Shown piece after piece: positions 1-12,427 of a stretch of DNA of 64,000 bases. Below the pieces are notes generated by a model. That model made no database searches. It saw only the letters and a program-made list of their open reading frames with translations, and was not told the origin of the DNA. The translations under genes were made by a program, and so were the position numbers. Within the stretch, counting starts at the first letter, position 1. Each line of letters starts with the position of its first letter. The DNA comes from Octopus sinensis. Lineage: Eukaryota. Location of the stretch: the NCBI RefSeq assembly GCF_006345805.1, contig NC_043008.1:54498001-54562000 (forward strand), in the 5' to 3' direction.

Positions 1-771
1 GAGGCAAATGAAATGCCATTAAGCATTTCACCTGGCGTGCTAACAATTCTGCCAGCTCGCGCCACCTTAATAATAATCCTTTTTACTAAAGGCACAAGGC
101 CGGAAATTTTGGAGGAGGGGATTAGTCAATTACATCAACCCCAGTGTTTCATCTTGGTGTCGACCTATCTCTTTTGGACAGTAAATTTTGGTCTGAAAAT
201 TTTGACTTGTATACCAGAAAATGCAATAACTGTGCAATCAATGCTAGTCTTCAGTGTAAGTACCTACATCATTTAGACTATTTGTGATATCCATGGTGTG
301 AGTAAAGACCAGATTTGAACACATGGAATAAAGCACCTTCGAAAAGTGTCTTGGTGCGACTATGAAAGGTATCTAATCAGAGGCGGTAAATTCACCACAA
401 TAGAAGCAAGGCTCGAGTCAATGGAGAGTGCAAGGGAGTATTTGACTCGAACTTGCGAAGTGGAAATATTTTATTTTTACCTTTTTTGCGGGATGTAGGA
501 CGTCCCGCAAAAAAATTTTAAATGCCCCCCCTCCCCCCGAAGTAGAGGTAGGCTGGATTGTAGCCACACTTCTATACAAGAGGGAGGACAAGATACAATT
601 GATCGAAATTACAAGAGACGGGCTACAATTCCAGTCTGTTATATATTTTGAGTATTGTTATCACTAGCGATATCAAGATATAACTTTGTATTTTGTATTT
701 TATGTGTAGATGTATATATATAGATGTACATGTAATATGTACACATATATATATATACATATATACATGCA

Positions 772-850
772 CTAGCACTATGACCCGGCAACGACGGGTC
801 TTTACTCACACCATATTTTCCAGAATACAAGTCAGCATAGTATATAGGGC
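772..850 (-). mobile_element. Helitron 3' terminus remnant
   Basis: The minus strand reads gacccgtcgttgccgggtc (hairpin) atagtg CTAG|T. Confidence 0.5.
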
Positions 851-1297
851 AAACATGTGTAAACATTCAAATATCGTTATTATTTTTCCAAATCTTGTGG
901 CATTTCACACAGAATCTTTGGTCCTCTAAAGTTGTCTCGGTGTAAAAACTGACCGATCGTTTTTTATTGTAAATTTTCATCTGAAAATGTCAACTTGTAT
1001 GCCAGAAAATATGATACGTAGAACATCCAAAGAAAACTGTCTCCCTTCAGATTTTTTTCACTATTTTGTTCACCACACAACTTCTTCCTCCATAGCTATG
1101 AAAAATGCCTCCTCCTCCTCCTAACCAAAGGAGTACAGCAGGGTAGTCCTTACAATGGAGTTGCATCCATCCTACATGTGAAACGACTGGACATTAATGT
1201 CCAATTTTAATGATGGACATTAAAACTAGATTTTACATAAATGCTCTGAGAAGGGAAATGAGCAGAGACAAGACAAGGATTCTTTCAGATAATGAAT

Positions 1298-1467
1298 CAC
1301 ATGTATGGATATACATGCAACCATGTGTCTTATGTATGGATACATGTAGCTATGTCTCATGTATGGATCTATATGTAGTTATGCGTCCTATGTATGGGTA
1401 TACATGTAGCCATGCGTCAAATGCATGAATACATGTAGCCATGTATTATATATATATATATATATAT

Positions 1468-1532
<65 letters not shown>

Positions 1533-1595
1533 TAGAAAGATAGATAGAGAGATTGATAGATAGATAGAGAGAGAGAGAGAGATAGAGAGAGAGAG

Positions 1596-1636
<41 letters not shown>

Positions 1637-2040
1637 AGATACATACATACGTTATCATGTCTAATATATAGACATACATATGGCCATGTATCTTATACGT
1701 GGATATACATGTAGTATACATGTTGCTGTGTTTCACATATAGATATACAAGTAGACATGTGTCTTATGTATGGATATACATGCAACAATGTATGTAAGCA
1801 CTGATACATGTAGCTTTGTGTCTTGTGTATGGATATAAATGTAAACATGCATCCACTAAATGGTCACATGTAGCCATGTCTCTAGTGGGCTGATACATGT
1901 ATCCATGCATTCTTATGTTTGGATATACATGTAGCTATGCACTTTATGTATGGGTACATGTAGCCATGTGTCCAATACATGGATATACATGTAACAATAA
2001 GCCCACTGTGTGGAGACATGTAGCCATGTGCCCTAAAGTA
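1298..2040. repeat. Degenerate about 30-bp minisatellite (tgtatggatatacatgtagccatgtgtc-like) interrupted by a (TA)n-(GATA)n-(GA)n compound microsatellite
   Basis: Recurrent tacatgtagccatg / atggatatacatg motifs. Confidence 0.7.
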
Positions 2041-2330
2041 AATATGTTTAAAGGTTTGTGAAAATATATGCGGCTTAAAAATAGCAAGTGGTTCCCACAT
2101 AACAGGTTGTGTGTTTGTGTGTGTGCATGGTGCATGTGTGTGTGGGCGTGCATGCGTGTTTTTTTGTGTGTGTGTGTGTGTGTCTGCATGTGTGCGTGTG
2201 TGTGTATGTGTTTGCATATGTTCATGTGATTGTGTATTTGTATGTGTGTGTGTGCGTCTGCATGCATGTAGGTGCGTACTTGTGTGTGTGTGTGGTGTGT
2301 GTGTGTTTCTCTGTGTGTGTGTGTGTGGTG

Positions 2331-2365
<35 letters not shown>

Positions 2366-3081
2366 GTGTATGTGTGCATACCTGCTTGCTTATGGGGGAG
2401 GATAAAATACTTAAGATAAAAGAAAACGAAAAAGACAAGGTCAAGCATTCCGAAGTGGAATGATGAAATAAGCCAGTTGTCATCGCCATCAGCATCATCA
2501 TCATTGCAACCATTACATCACTGTTACCACCACCACCACCACCACCACCAACACAACCTCCTCCTCCGCTTCCTCCTCCACCACTATCACTAGTGAAAGA
2601 AATTACAAAGAAATTATTTTACCTTTTATTTTTTACTTGTTTTCGTTGTTAGGCTATGGCCATGCTGGAGCACTGCCTTGAATGGCCCTTGTCGAAAAAC
2701 ACTGACCCCCCCAATAACACAGATATGAAACAGAAGAGAGCGAGTGGGAGAAGGAGAGGTAGCTCTTGGGGAGGAGGAGAGGGAAAGGGAGAGAAAAGAG
2801 GAGAGCTGGAGAATGGGGAGGGTGTGTGGAAGGAGAGGAAATAGAGAGGATGAAGACAAGGAGGAAGACGAGAAGGAGGAGGGGGGAGGGGAGGAGGACA
2901 ATGACAACAATGAGGAGATAGGGAAGAAAAGATGAGGAGGAAGAGGAAGAGGAAGAGAGAGAGAGAGAAAGAGGGGGAGAGAGAGAGAGAGAGAGAGAGA
3001 AAGAAAGAGAGAGAGAGAGAGAAATCAGAGGAGAAATTCATAAAAAAAAGTACAGCTAGACATACAGCCAAAAGGAAAGGT

Positions 3082-3112
<31 letters not shown>

Positions 3113-3868
3113 TGGATAGACAGACAAACAGACAAGCAGACAGATAGACAAATGGATAGAGAGACAGACGGACAGACAGACAGACAGACAGAGTAATGTG
3201 TTCATCCTCCCCAACAATCTGACAGGAAATACTTAGACAATAAGTGTGAAATACTTATTGACCTTTGTCATTCTATTGAGCAGTAAAAGACACAGCCATG
3301 ATACTTCCAGAATCTTTGAGAAAACATAACTTAATTGGCTCCCAAGCAAGACATAGACACATGCACACACACACAGACACATAAACAGAGACACATATGC
3401 ACACACACATATACACGCACACATGGCAGGACAGATACAGGGATTCTGTTTTTTTATTTTACTGTGTGTTTCAGTATTAGGTCTATTCTGTTTTGTATTG
3501 TACTTTTAGCTGGTCTTTGCTATTTCATGTATTTTTCGGCTGGTTTCATATCTGTTTGAATATGAAATTAATAAAACTAAACATAGAGAAGGACCCTGCT
3601 GGCCTCATTAACAATCTCTAATCAAACTATTCAGTTTATGATATGGATGCCAGCAGTGGAGACAAAACCCTATATATAGGCTGGACTATAACATGCATTT
3701 ATATGCACATACATTCATATTTATATATATATATATATATATTATATATACACTCATACATACACACACACACACACACACCACACACACATATATATAT
3801 ATATATAATATATATATATATATACATATATTCATACATGTACATATGTATATATATGCAAATGTGTG

Positions 3869-3900
<32 letters not shown>

Positions 3901-4477
3901 TATAGTATGTATGTATGTATGTATGTATGTATATAAAAAAATGAAGGTGGCTAGACGCAGTGCAAAAGCAAAAAGAAAAAATTCAATTGTTACTAATAGT
4001 GACTGATGGTAAAGATCCTTATAACCACAAAAGTCTATGTACTGACAGGTGAGATAACCACCCCACAGCAAGCAAGATCACTATATTAGCAAGCTAGCTT
4101 CGCTTGGAATTAAAGCTCATCAGTAGTGATCACTCCATTGCTGATGGTTAAGCTAAATCTTGACTATCAGTATATCATATGAATCAATGGATGATTCATT
4201 CAACAAAATGGCAATGTGAAAATTATAAAATAACAAAGGTGACAACATAATTATATGCATATACACATACATAATTATACATATATGTGTGTGTGTGTGT
4301 GTATATTTATATATAGATACAGGATTCAGTTACAGGTTAGGTTAGCCTTATGAATGGTGATTTTAATATTTAACTAATTTCTCAGTGTATAACTGAAACA
4401 GCTGTAAAGAATAGTGATCGATTTGTTGCTGATAATAAACTCTTATTAACTTCAATATCTTCATTTTCTTCTTCTCC

Positions 4478-4814
4478 ATCATCATCATCATTGTTTAACG
4501 TCCGTTTTCCATGGGTTGGACGGTTCAACCGGGGTCTGGGAAGCCAGGAGGCTGCACCAGGCTCCAGTCTGATCTGGCAGTGTTTCTACAGCTGGATGCC
4601 CTTCCTAATGCCAACCACGCCATGAGTGTAGTGGGTGCTTTTTACATGCCGCCGGCACAGGTGCCAGGCGAGGCTGGCAATGGCCATGATCAGTTGGTGC
4701 TTTTTACGTGCCACTGGCACGGAAGCCAGTCAAGGCGGCGCTGGCATCGGCCACGTTCAGATAGTGCTTTTTACATGCCACCGGCACAGGGATCACAACT
4801 ACAATTTCCATTGA
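4478..4814 (-). mobile_element. Retroposon family B (tandem about 55-60-bp subrepeats, ggaagggcatccagc core, (GAT)n tail)
   Basis: Homologous to 16433-16772 and the other family B copies. Confidence 0.8.
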
Positions 4815-4976
4815 TTTATATATATATATATATATATATATAATGCAGAGCTTACATATTAATGCAAACACAGCTACAATTTCTTCCATACTGAAATTGA
4901 TACTACATGAAGAGAGTTGTGAAATGGCCATAAGCCTATGGATGTCATGTACCTCCAGATTTTATGCATGCACATG

Positions 4977-5046
<70 letters not shown>

Positions 5047-5287
5047 TGTGTGTATGTATGTACGTATGTACATATATATCCAAAGTGTAATTCATGTAAC
5101 ACTAAACTTTGATATAGCATAGAGGGTTGGGTACGGGGAAGTATTGTGGTCACGGGATGGGGGGGTGGAATGCCCTTTTCTGACTCAGAAACAACAGAGG
5201 ACAGCATATTTGAATTCATACAAGGAAGTTTGTATCTAAATTTCCTTTTCTTTCATTTGAAAGGAAACTTAAATAGGAAAAAAAAAA

Positions 5288-5326
<39 letters not shown>

Positions 5327-5409
5327 CTGACAGATACTTGAATAAATTGTGATAAAAAGCAAAAATAAATTCCAAACTATTGTTCATGTCTTTGTTGTTG
5401 TTCTTCTTC

Positions 5410-5934
5410 TTCTGCCATCACTGCCACCACTGCTACCGTCACCACCACCACCACCGCCACCACCACCACCACCACCACTACCACCACTACCACCACCACC
5501 ACCACCACCACTACCACCACCACCACTACCAACACCACCACCACCAACATCACCACCACTACCACCACCACTACCACCACCACCACCACCACTACCACCA
5601 CCAACACCACCATTATTGTCATTGTCTTTGTCAAAATTATTATTATTATTATCAAACAATGAGCTGACAGAAACCCTACTGAGTCAGACAAACTACTTTG
5701 CAAGCATTTCTTCTGGCTCCTTACATTCTGAGTTCAAATCCCACCAAAGTCAACTTGGCAGGGTTATACACCTCTCCTAAAATTTGCTGGCCTTGTGCCA
5801 AAGTCTGAAACAACTATCATCATAATCATCATCATTATTATTATTATCATCATTATTATTATTTTTTATTATTATTATTAATATTATTGGTGGTGGTGGT
5901 GATGGTGGTGGTGGTAGTAGTAGTAGTAGTAGCT

Positions 5935-5968
<34 letters not shown>

Positions 5969-6010
5969 TAGTAGTATCAGCAGCAGTAGCAGCAGTAATA
6001 GTAATAGAAA
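5410..6010. repeat. (CAC)n, (TAT)n, (GGT)n, (TAG)n and (CAG)n trinucleotide tracts flanking an old SINE remnant
   Basis: Direct reading. Confidence 0.9.
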
Positions 6011-6039
6011 TTCCACTGGGGTTGACATTGCCTTTTGTC

Positions 6040-7130
6040 CTTTCAGGCTGAATGAAATATATACCTGTGGAGCACTGATTTGATCCTGACTTGCAGGTTG
6101 ATAAGAATTGGGACAAGGTGGCAAACAGGGTGGTCAGTCTTACCCAGAAATAGACTGAGAGGAAGCTGTCCCTGAAAGGTCAGGCAGAGGTGACAAATGC
6201 CTACATCACTTCCATTATCGTTTACTGCCGGACCATTGTGGCTTGTCCTGGTTACTGCTTGACCAGGTTGGAGTGTCTCTTATCTAAACTCTTGTGGAAG
6301 GGATGTGTTCTAATGGTCAGGTAATCAGTCTGTTGCTAGCATCCTCTGGGTGGCAGATTAGGTATACCATGGCACTTAATGTGCAAACATGCTCCAAGGT
6401 TACAGCTCCTGCTACGATTTCTGTACAGTGAGCATGTGTGGGCTCCATTTGTGAGGCTTGTTTTTACACACCTTGTCTCCTTGACGGAGCTGCAATCCTG
6501 GGTGAAGAAAAGACCAAGACTTGGCACCCAGCACCTAGAATGTCGTCAGGTACTCACAACCCTCTACCAGTCAAGTAAAGGGATCAGTGGATGTTCTGTT
6601 TTAGAAATTTATACAGGATCAGTGGTAGGGAAGTGCAACGATGTTCTTGGGGAGACTCTGAACAATGATGAAAACAAACTGGCTAGTCTGTTCCAGAGGA
6701 CTTTCCCATCAGGGACTATCATGGATAATTTCCGGATGTCCTTGGCTTGGGGGGGGGGGGCGATACCAGTTCGAGATAAACCCTGTAGGCATGGATTTGC
6801 TGTCAGACAGGCTTGTCCAAGGTGCACACAGAGTAACAAAACCATTCTGCATGCACTCATTCAGTATCCAAGCATTGCTGACTTGAGGGGTTATGTCAAA
6901 CAGCTGCTGTCACATGTGGGACAGATCCATCTATCAGCCAAGTTTTTAGTGATGATTGCCCCACTGCCTTCTTTCCATTAAGCAGGCAAGGCAGTTTACT
7001 TTTGTCTGGTGGCTGTGACAAAAGAGGTTGTTTGGTGGACAAAGCTGAAAGGCATGAGGACAGATACATCCCTGTTTGGTAGAGCTCTCATTGACTTCTT
7101 TAAGTTTCACCATTACAATTTTTTCATATA
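6040..7130 (+). mobile_element. Decayed L1/Tx1-clade LINE fragment (post-RT region plus zinc-knuckle C-terminus)
   Basis: Frames give RKLSLKG.AEV.NAYI.S and AW.GAIPVRDK..RHG..V...CPRC...TILHALIQYP (zf-RVT-like); stops and frameshifts are present. Confidence 0.75.
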
Positions 7131-7228
7131 ATCATTTTATCATTTCATTATATGTAAACCCCAACATTTTATGTCTGTCTTGGTATTGTTCCCCTCATCC
7201 TTTGTCCTTGTGGCAAATAAATGAAATC

Positions 7229-7295
<67 letters not shown>

Positions 7296-7564
7296 TATTA
7301 TTAATCATCATCATCACCACCACCACTACTACCACCAGTACCACCACCATCACCATCATCATCATTAAGGTGACTAACAGAATTGTTAGAGCATTGGGGG
7401 AAAAAAATACCTTGTGGTACTTCTTCAAACTCTTCACATTCCGAGTTGAACTCTTGTTGATATCAGCCTTGCTTTCCAACCTTGAAGAGTCCATAAAATA
7501 ATGGACCAGTCAAATACTGGGGAGCGGGGTGCCAAAGAGCAAAGATTAAGAAACAATGGCTTAC

Positions 7565-7695
7565 AAGATGCAGTATTTTCAGATTTGGTATATTGAATGT
7601 CTCAATGTTTTCAATTCTATTTCCTTCAATTTTGAGAACGGTAAGATGCTGGAATTCTGATCCATCGAATGGTGGCAGTTCTTTGATTTTATTGT
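7565..7695 (-). CDS. LRRC23: LRRC23 orthologue, coding exon 4 (LRR repeats); gene continues beyond window start
   Basis: Acceptor ttcatttcag| and donor CTT|GTAAGC; 131 nt, phase 1 to 0. (N)NKIKELPPFDGSEFQHLTVLKIEGNRIENIETFNIPNLKILHL matches recalled human GNSIHMVTGLDPEKLISLHTVELRGNQLESTLGINLPKLKNLYL. I found no further LRRC23 exon in 1-7564. Confidence 0.93.
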
Positions 7696-7763
7696 CTGAA
7701 ATGAAGCCAAGAAAAAAAGGAAAAGTCAAAGAAAAGCAAAATTTTCAGATTCCTGTAACACAA

Positions 7764-8238
7764 GGTACTAAAATAGCACTCTGTCAATTACAACAACAAA
7801 GGCACTAAAATAGCACTGTCAATTACAACAACAAAGGCACTAAAATAGCACTCTGTCAATTACAACAACAAAGGCACTAAAATAGCACTCTGTCAATTAC
7901 AACAACAAAGGCACTAAAATATCACTCTGTCAATTACAACAACAAAGGCACTAGAATAGCACTCTGTCAATTACAACAACAAAGGCACTAAAATAGCACT
8001 CTGTCAATTACAACAACAAAGGCACTAGAATAGCACTCTGTCAATTACAACAACAAAGGCACTAAAATAGCACTCTGTCAATTACAACAACAAAGACACT
8101 AAAATAGCACTGTCAATTACAACAACAAAGGTGCTAAAATAGCACTCTGTCAATTACAACAACAAAGGCACTAAAATAGCACTCTGTCAATTACAACAAC
8201 AAAGGCACTAAAATAGCACTCTGTCAATTACAACAACA
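7764..8238. repeat. Minisatellite, about 13 copies of a 37-bp unit (two 35-bp variants)
   Basis: Unit ggcactaaaatagcactctgtcaattacaacaacaaa; the copies are directly abutting with no spacers. Confidence 0.95.
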
Positions 8239-8654
8239 GCCTGCTCATGAAATAAATATACAGCAAGTGGCTGAGCGCTCCACAGACATGTGTAACCTTA
8301 ACATAGTTCTCAGGGAGATTCAGTGTGAGACAGAGTGTAACAATGCAGGCCCTTTGAAATAGATGAACAACCCCTTTTTGCCGGCTGAATGGACTGGAGC
8401 AATGTCAAATAAAGTATCTTTCTAAAGGACACAGTGCATTGCTGGGAATTGAACTCCTGTCCTTATGGTCATGAGCTAAATACCCTAACCACTAAACCAC
8501 GTTCCTTCACTATAGGACAATTGTTAAATCGTGACATTGCTGTTCATTTACTAAGTGATGATGACACTGCAGTAGAACAGGAAAACAACATCATTAATAA
8601 CTGGCTTTTGGAACAGTGGATCTCAAAGCACATAAAGCTATAAATAGCAAGTAA

Positions 8655-9290
8655 ATATTGGTTTCAGATTTTGGCACAAGGCCAGCAAATTTTGAGAGTG
8701 GGGATAAGTCAGTTACATCGACCCCAGTGTTCAAATGGTACTTATTTTACTGACCTGAAAAGAATGAAAGGCAAAGTTGACCTTGGCAGAATTTGAACTC
8801 AGAACCTAAAAGATGGACAAAATACTGCCAAGCATTTTGTCCAGTGTGCTAATGATTCTGCCAGCTCACCACATGTAATACTAGTTTCAAATTTTGGTGC
8901 AGGGCCGGCAGATTTTGAGGAGAGGGGTTAAGTCAATTACATCAACCCCAGTGCTCAACTGGGACTTATTTACCAACCCTAAAAGAACAAAAACAAAGTT
9001 GACTCTGGTAGAATTTGAACTCACAACATAAATGATGGATGAAATGCTGCTAAGCATTTTGCCTGGCATGCTAACAACTCCGCCAGCTTGCCAACTTAGG
9101 TTGTCTTACACTAACATGTTCGAAATATTGGTTTCAAATTTTGGCACAGGGCCTGCAACTTCATGAAAAGAGTTAAGTCACTTACATCAACCCGAGTGCT
9201 CAACTGGTGCATATTTTATCAACTCCAAAAGGATAAAAGGCAAAGATGGCCACGGTGGAATTTGAACTCAAAATGTAAAAAATCAAATGT
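8655..9290 (-). mobile_element. Three older SINE-C-related copies in head-to-tail tandem
   Basis: ttggtttcaaattttggcacaaggcc...atcaaccccagtg...gaatttgaactc recurs at about 8657, 8883 and 9128. Confidence 0.7.
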
Positions 9291-9349
9291 GGTTGGTAAG
9301 CAATCAACTTACCACACAGCCACTCGTGCGCCTATATATATATATATGT

Positions 9350-9650
9350 ACACTGCAACATAATTTCTTTTCCTCAACAGGCCCTGCCCTATTTAACATT
9401 GTCCCGAAAGAGATCAAAGAGGAAAAGGATCCCATCAACTTTAAACGGAGTCTGGATAGATTCCTTCAAGGAATACCAGATAAGCCACCCATAATTGGAT
9501 ACAACTCACCCAACAAAAACTCACTACTTGAATGGACCATAAACAAAACTTGACTTAAACAGGATTTAGATAATCCTATCAGGTGGTGCTATTAAGTTAG
9601 ACATGGCCTGGACCAATCTTTGGTCGAAACATATCTAAGTTTTATCTAAG
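9350..9650 (+). mobile_element. 3' end of a CR1/L2-like LINE
   Basis: GPALFNIVPKEIKEEKDPINFKRSLDRFLQGIPDKP..GYNSPNKNSLLEW is a typical ORF2 C-terminus; a short ctaagttttat repeat tail follows. Confidence 0.65.
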
Positions 9651-9769
9651 TTTATATATATATATATATATATTCATAAATGAGGGTGAAAAAATTGATA
9701 TTAATTTAATAATACAATCAGTTTAACATATATATATATCGTGACGTATTTTTGCCATATACATATATA

Positions 9770-10000
9770 TATTTCTTTACTACCCACAAGGGGCTAAACA
9801 TAGAGGGGACAAACAAGGACAGACAAAGGGATTAAGTCGATTGTATCGACCCCAGTGCGTAACTGGTACTTATTTAATCGACCCCGAAAGGATGAAAGGC
9901 AAAGTAGACCTCGGCGGAATTTGAACTCAGAACGTAACGGCAGACGAAATACAGCTACGCATTTCGCCCGGCGTGCTAACGTTTCTGCCAGCTTGCCGCC
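9770..10000 (-). mobile_element. SINE family C, full-length
   Basis: Reverse complement of the 25948-26177 sequence. Confidence 0.85.
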
Positions 10001-10529
10001 TTATATATATACATATATACATGCATATAGACATATATACGATGCGTATACTCATATCTGTGTGTGTGTGTGTGTGTAGGTAGATAGGTAGGCAGGTAGG
10101 TAGGTAGGTAGGGAGATAGGTGAGTAGGGCAGGTAGAATGATAAGTAAATGGAAATGTAGGGTAGTTATGTAGGTACATAGCTAGAGTTATATATTGTTA
10201 GAGAGTTTAAAAAATATTTATGGCAAAATCAAGAGAAAAAAGAAAAGGAATAAAAAATATGCCAGTGAAACCAGAAATGGTAGGGGCAGTTTTATTTGAT
10301 TAATGGTAGAGTAATGAGTCATGGTTTATAATCAAATATGGTTATTCTTTATGTATTATTTTGTTATAGTGAGAGAGGAGGAGAGAAAGGATGAGCACAA
10401 GGAGAGAAAGGGGATATAATGTGAGGGAGAATGAGTGAGAGAATGAAAAAAATGTGCAAAGGATAGAAAGGCAGAGTGATTGGGGAGAAAGGAACAGGAT
10501 TAGAGACAGAAAATCTGACGGAGGGAGAG

Positions 10530-10563
10530 AGAGATATGAGATATATATACATATATATATAAA

Positions 10564-10610
<47 letters not shown>

Positions 10611-10624
10611 GAGAGAGAGAAAGG

Positions 10625-10658
<34 letters not shown>

Positions 10659-10715
10659 GACAGACAGAAACAGAGACAGAGACAGAGACAGAGACCGAGA
10701 CAGAGAGAGAAAGAC

Positions 10716-10748
<33 letters not shown>

Positions 10749-10819
10749 AAGACAGAAAGAGAGACAGAGACAGAGACAGAGACAGAGACCGAGACAGAGA
10801 GAGAAAGACAGAGAAAGAC

Positions 10820-10856
<37 letters not shown>

Positions 10857-10895
10857 AAGACAGAAAGAGAGAGAGAGAAAGACAGAGAGAAAGAT

Positions 10896-10930
<35 letters not shown>

Positions 10931-11010
10931 CAGAGAGAAAGGAACAGGTTAAAGACAGATCTGATGGAGATATAGAGAGAGAGAGAGAGAAAGAGACAGA
11001 GACAGAAATG
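10530..11010. repeat. (TA)n-(TG)n-(AG/AGAC)n compound microsatellite
   Basis: Direct reading. Confidence 0.95.
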
Positions 11011-11384
11011 GTATGTGAGACGGAAATAAATAAGACAAAGAGAAAGAATGTATGTGAGGGAACAAGATAAGGAGGTTCTCTGCGAGAAAGGCTATACAAT
11101 CATCATCATCATCATCAACCTCATCTGCAGCAGCAGTATTGTTTAAACATCCACTTTTCTATGCTGGCATGGGTTGGATGGAATTAGCTGAGGCAGATAT
11201 CCTACAGTCAAATGCCCTTTCTGATGCCAACCCTCACCTGTTTCCCAGTAAGGTATATATCATCCCATGACCAGACATGTTTTCATGGAAGATTGGAAAT
11301 GAAGGGTACCACTTGCATGACAGGGACACTTGTTTACAATTACCACACAACATCAAGGCAAGGAAACGATAACACACACATACA

Positions 11385-11766
11385 TCGTGCCAATGGCAAG
11401 TAAAAAGCACCATCCGATCGTGGCCGTTGCCAACCTCGCCTGGCCCCTGTGCCGGTGGCACATAAAAAGCACCATCTGATCGTGGCTGTTCCCAGCCTCA
11501 CCTGGCCCCCGTACCGGTGGCATGTAAAAAGAATCATCTGACCATAGCCGTTTGCCAGCCCCGTCTGGCACCTGTGCCGGTGGCACGTAAAAAGCACCCA
11601 CTACACTCACGGAGTGGTTGGTGTTAGGAAGGGCATCCAGCCGTAGAAACTTTGCCAGATCAGACTGGGCCTGGTGCAGCCTTCTGGCTTCCCAGACTCC
11701 AGTTGAACTGTCTAACCCATGCTAGCATGGAAAACGGATGCTAAATGATGATGATGATGATGATGA
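11385..11766 (+). mobile_element. Retroposon family B
   Basis: Several ggtggcacgtaaaaagcacc subrepeats and a (GAT)n tail. Confidence 0.8.
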
Positions 11767-11870
11767 TATATATTGATAAAAATAGTAAAACAACAAAAGA
11801 AAGAAAGAGACCTCGATATTATGTAAAAAGAGGAATTTATCTGTAAATTTGACAATTATTCAGTAGCCAT

Positions 11871-11932
11871 GATAAAAGCTCTGAGTTTCGGATGTGAAGG
11901 TGGAAATCCACGCCGCCATCTCTTCAGTTATC
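11871..11932 (-). ncRNA. Degenerate hammerhead copy in the opposite arm
   Basis: GATAA CTGAAGA GATG...CATC CGAAAC tcaga GCT TTTATC; the cleavage triplet is altered. Confidence 0.35.
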
Positions 11933-12054
11933 CGGCCATCAGAAAAATGCTACAAAAAATGACCGTTATACAAAGGGAAATTACTGTGATTGACCGATGT
12001 ACGTATATAGATGTGTGCGTGTGTGCTTGCATGCAAGAACGTCATATATAGACG

Positions 12055-12115
12055 GATAACTGAAGAGATGGCGGCATGGATTTCCACCTCAGCATCCGAA
12101 ACTTGGAGTTTTATC
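12055..12115 (+). ncRNA. Candidate minimal type-I hammerhead ribozyme
   Basis: GATAA CTGAAGA GATG-...-CATC C GAAA C ttgga G T T TTATC: helix I GATAA/TTATC, core CTGANGA and GAAA, 1-2 bp helix III, GUU triplet. There is an extra C before GAAA. Confidence 0.45.
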
Positions 12116-12216
12116 ATAGCTACCGAATAATTGTCACATATTACATTTACAGATAAATTCCTCTATTTACATAATATTGAGGTCTCTTTCTTTCGTTTGT
12201 TGTCTTACCATTTTTG

Positions 12217-12370
12217 AAGCACGACCTTCGAACTTTAGGTCTCACCGAGGAAATGACTAGAGACTGAGACCTTTGGAAGTATGCTGTGCGTGAGAAGACC
12301 AGGTAGGACAAGTGAGACTATAACCCGTGGCCTCTACATGGGATGTAGCCAGTCCACTTATGCATACCTT
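12217..12370 (+). mobile_element. Short RTE ORF2 C-terminal fragment
   Basis: aagcacgaccttcgaactttaggtctcacc...gctgtgcgtgagaagacc is homologous to 34350-34440. Confidence 0.75.
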
Positions 12371-12427
12371 ATATATATATAAGATATATATATACAGATA
12401 TATATATATATATATATATATTGGTTG

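Larger units (their letters stand above)
11778..12215. repeat. Fold-back element: about 155-bp inverted arms (11778-11933, 12054-12215) around a 120-bp spacer
   Basis: The arms are reverse complements with scattered mismatches (e.g. gaaagagacctcgatattatgtaaa / tttacataatattgaggtctctttc). Confidence 0.82.

Noticed and set aside
4081-4130. Hammerhead-like CTGATGA-GCTT/AAGC-GAAG-CTAG-CTT on the minus strand
   Set aside because: It has GAAG instead of GAAA, no NUH triplet, and helix I cannot form. At best it is a dead relic.
7410-7480. Splice-flanked segment LESKADINKSSTRNVKSLKKYHK as LRRC23 exon 5
   Set aside because: No LRR pattern, and it is not in frame with the phase-0 end of exon 4.
7764-8238. 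37-bp repeat array as a CRISPR array
   Set aside because: The units abut with no unique spacers, there are no cas genes, and the context is eukaryotic.
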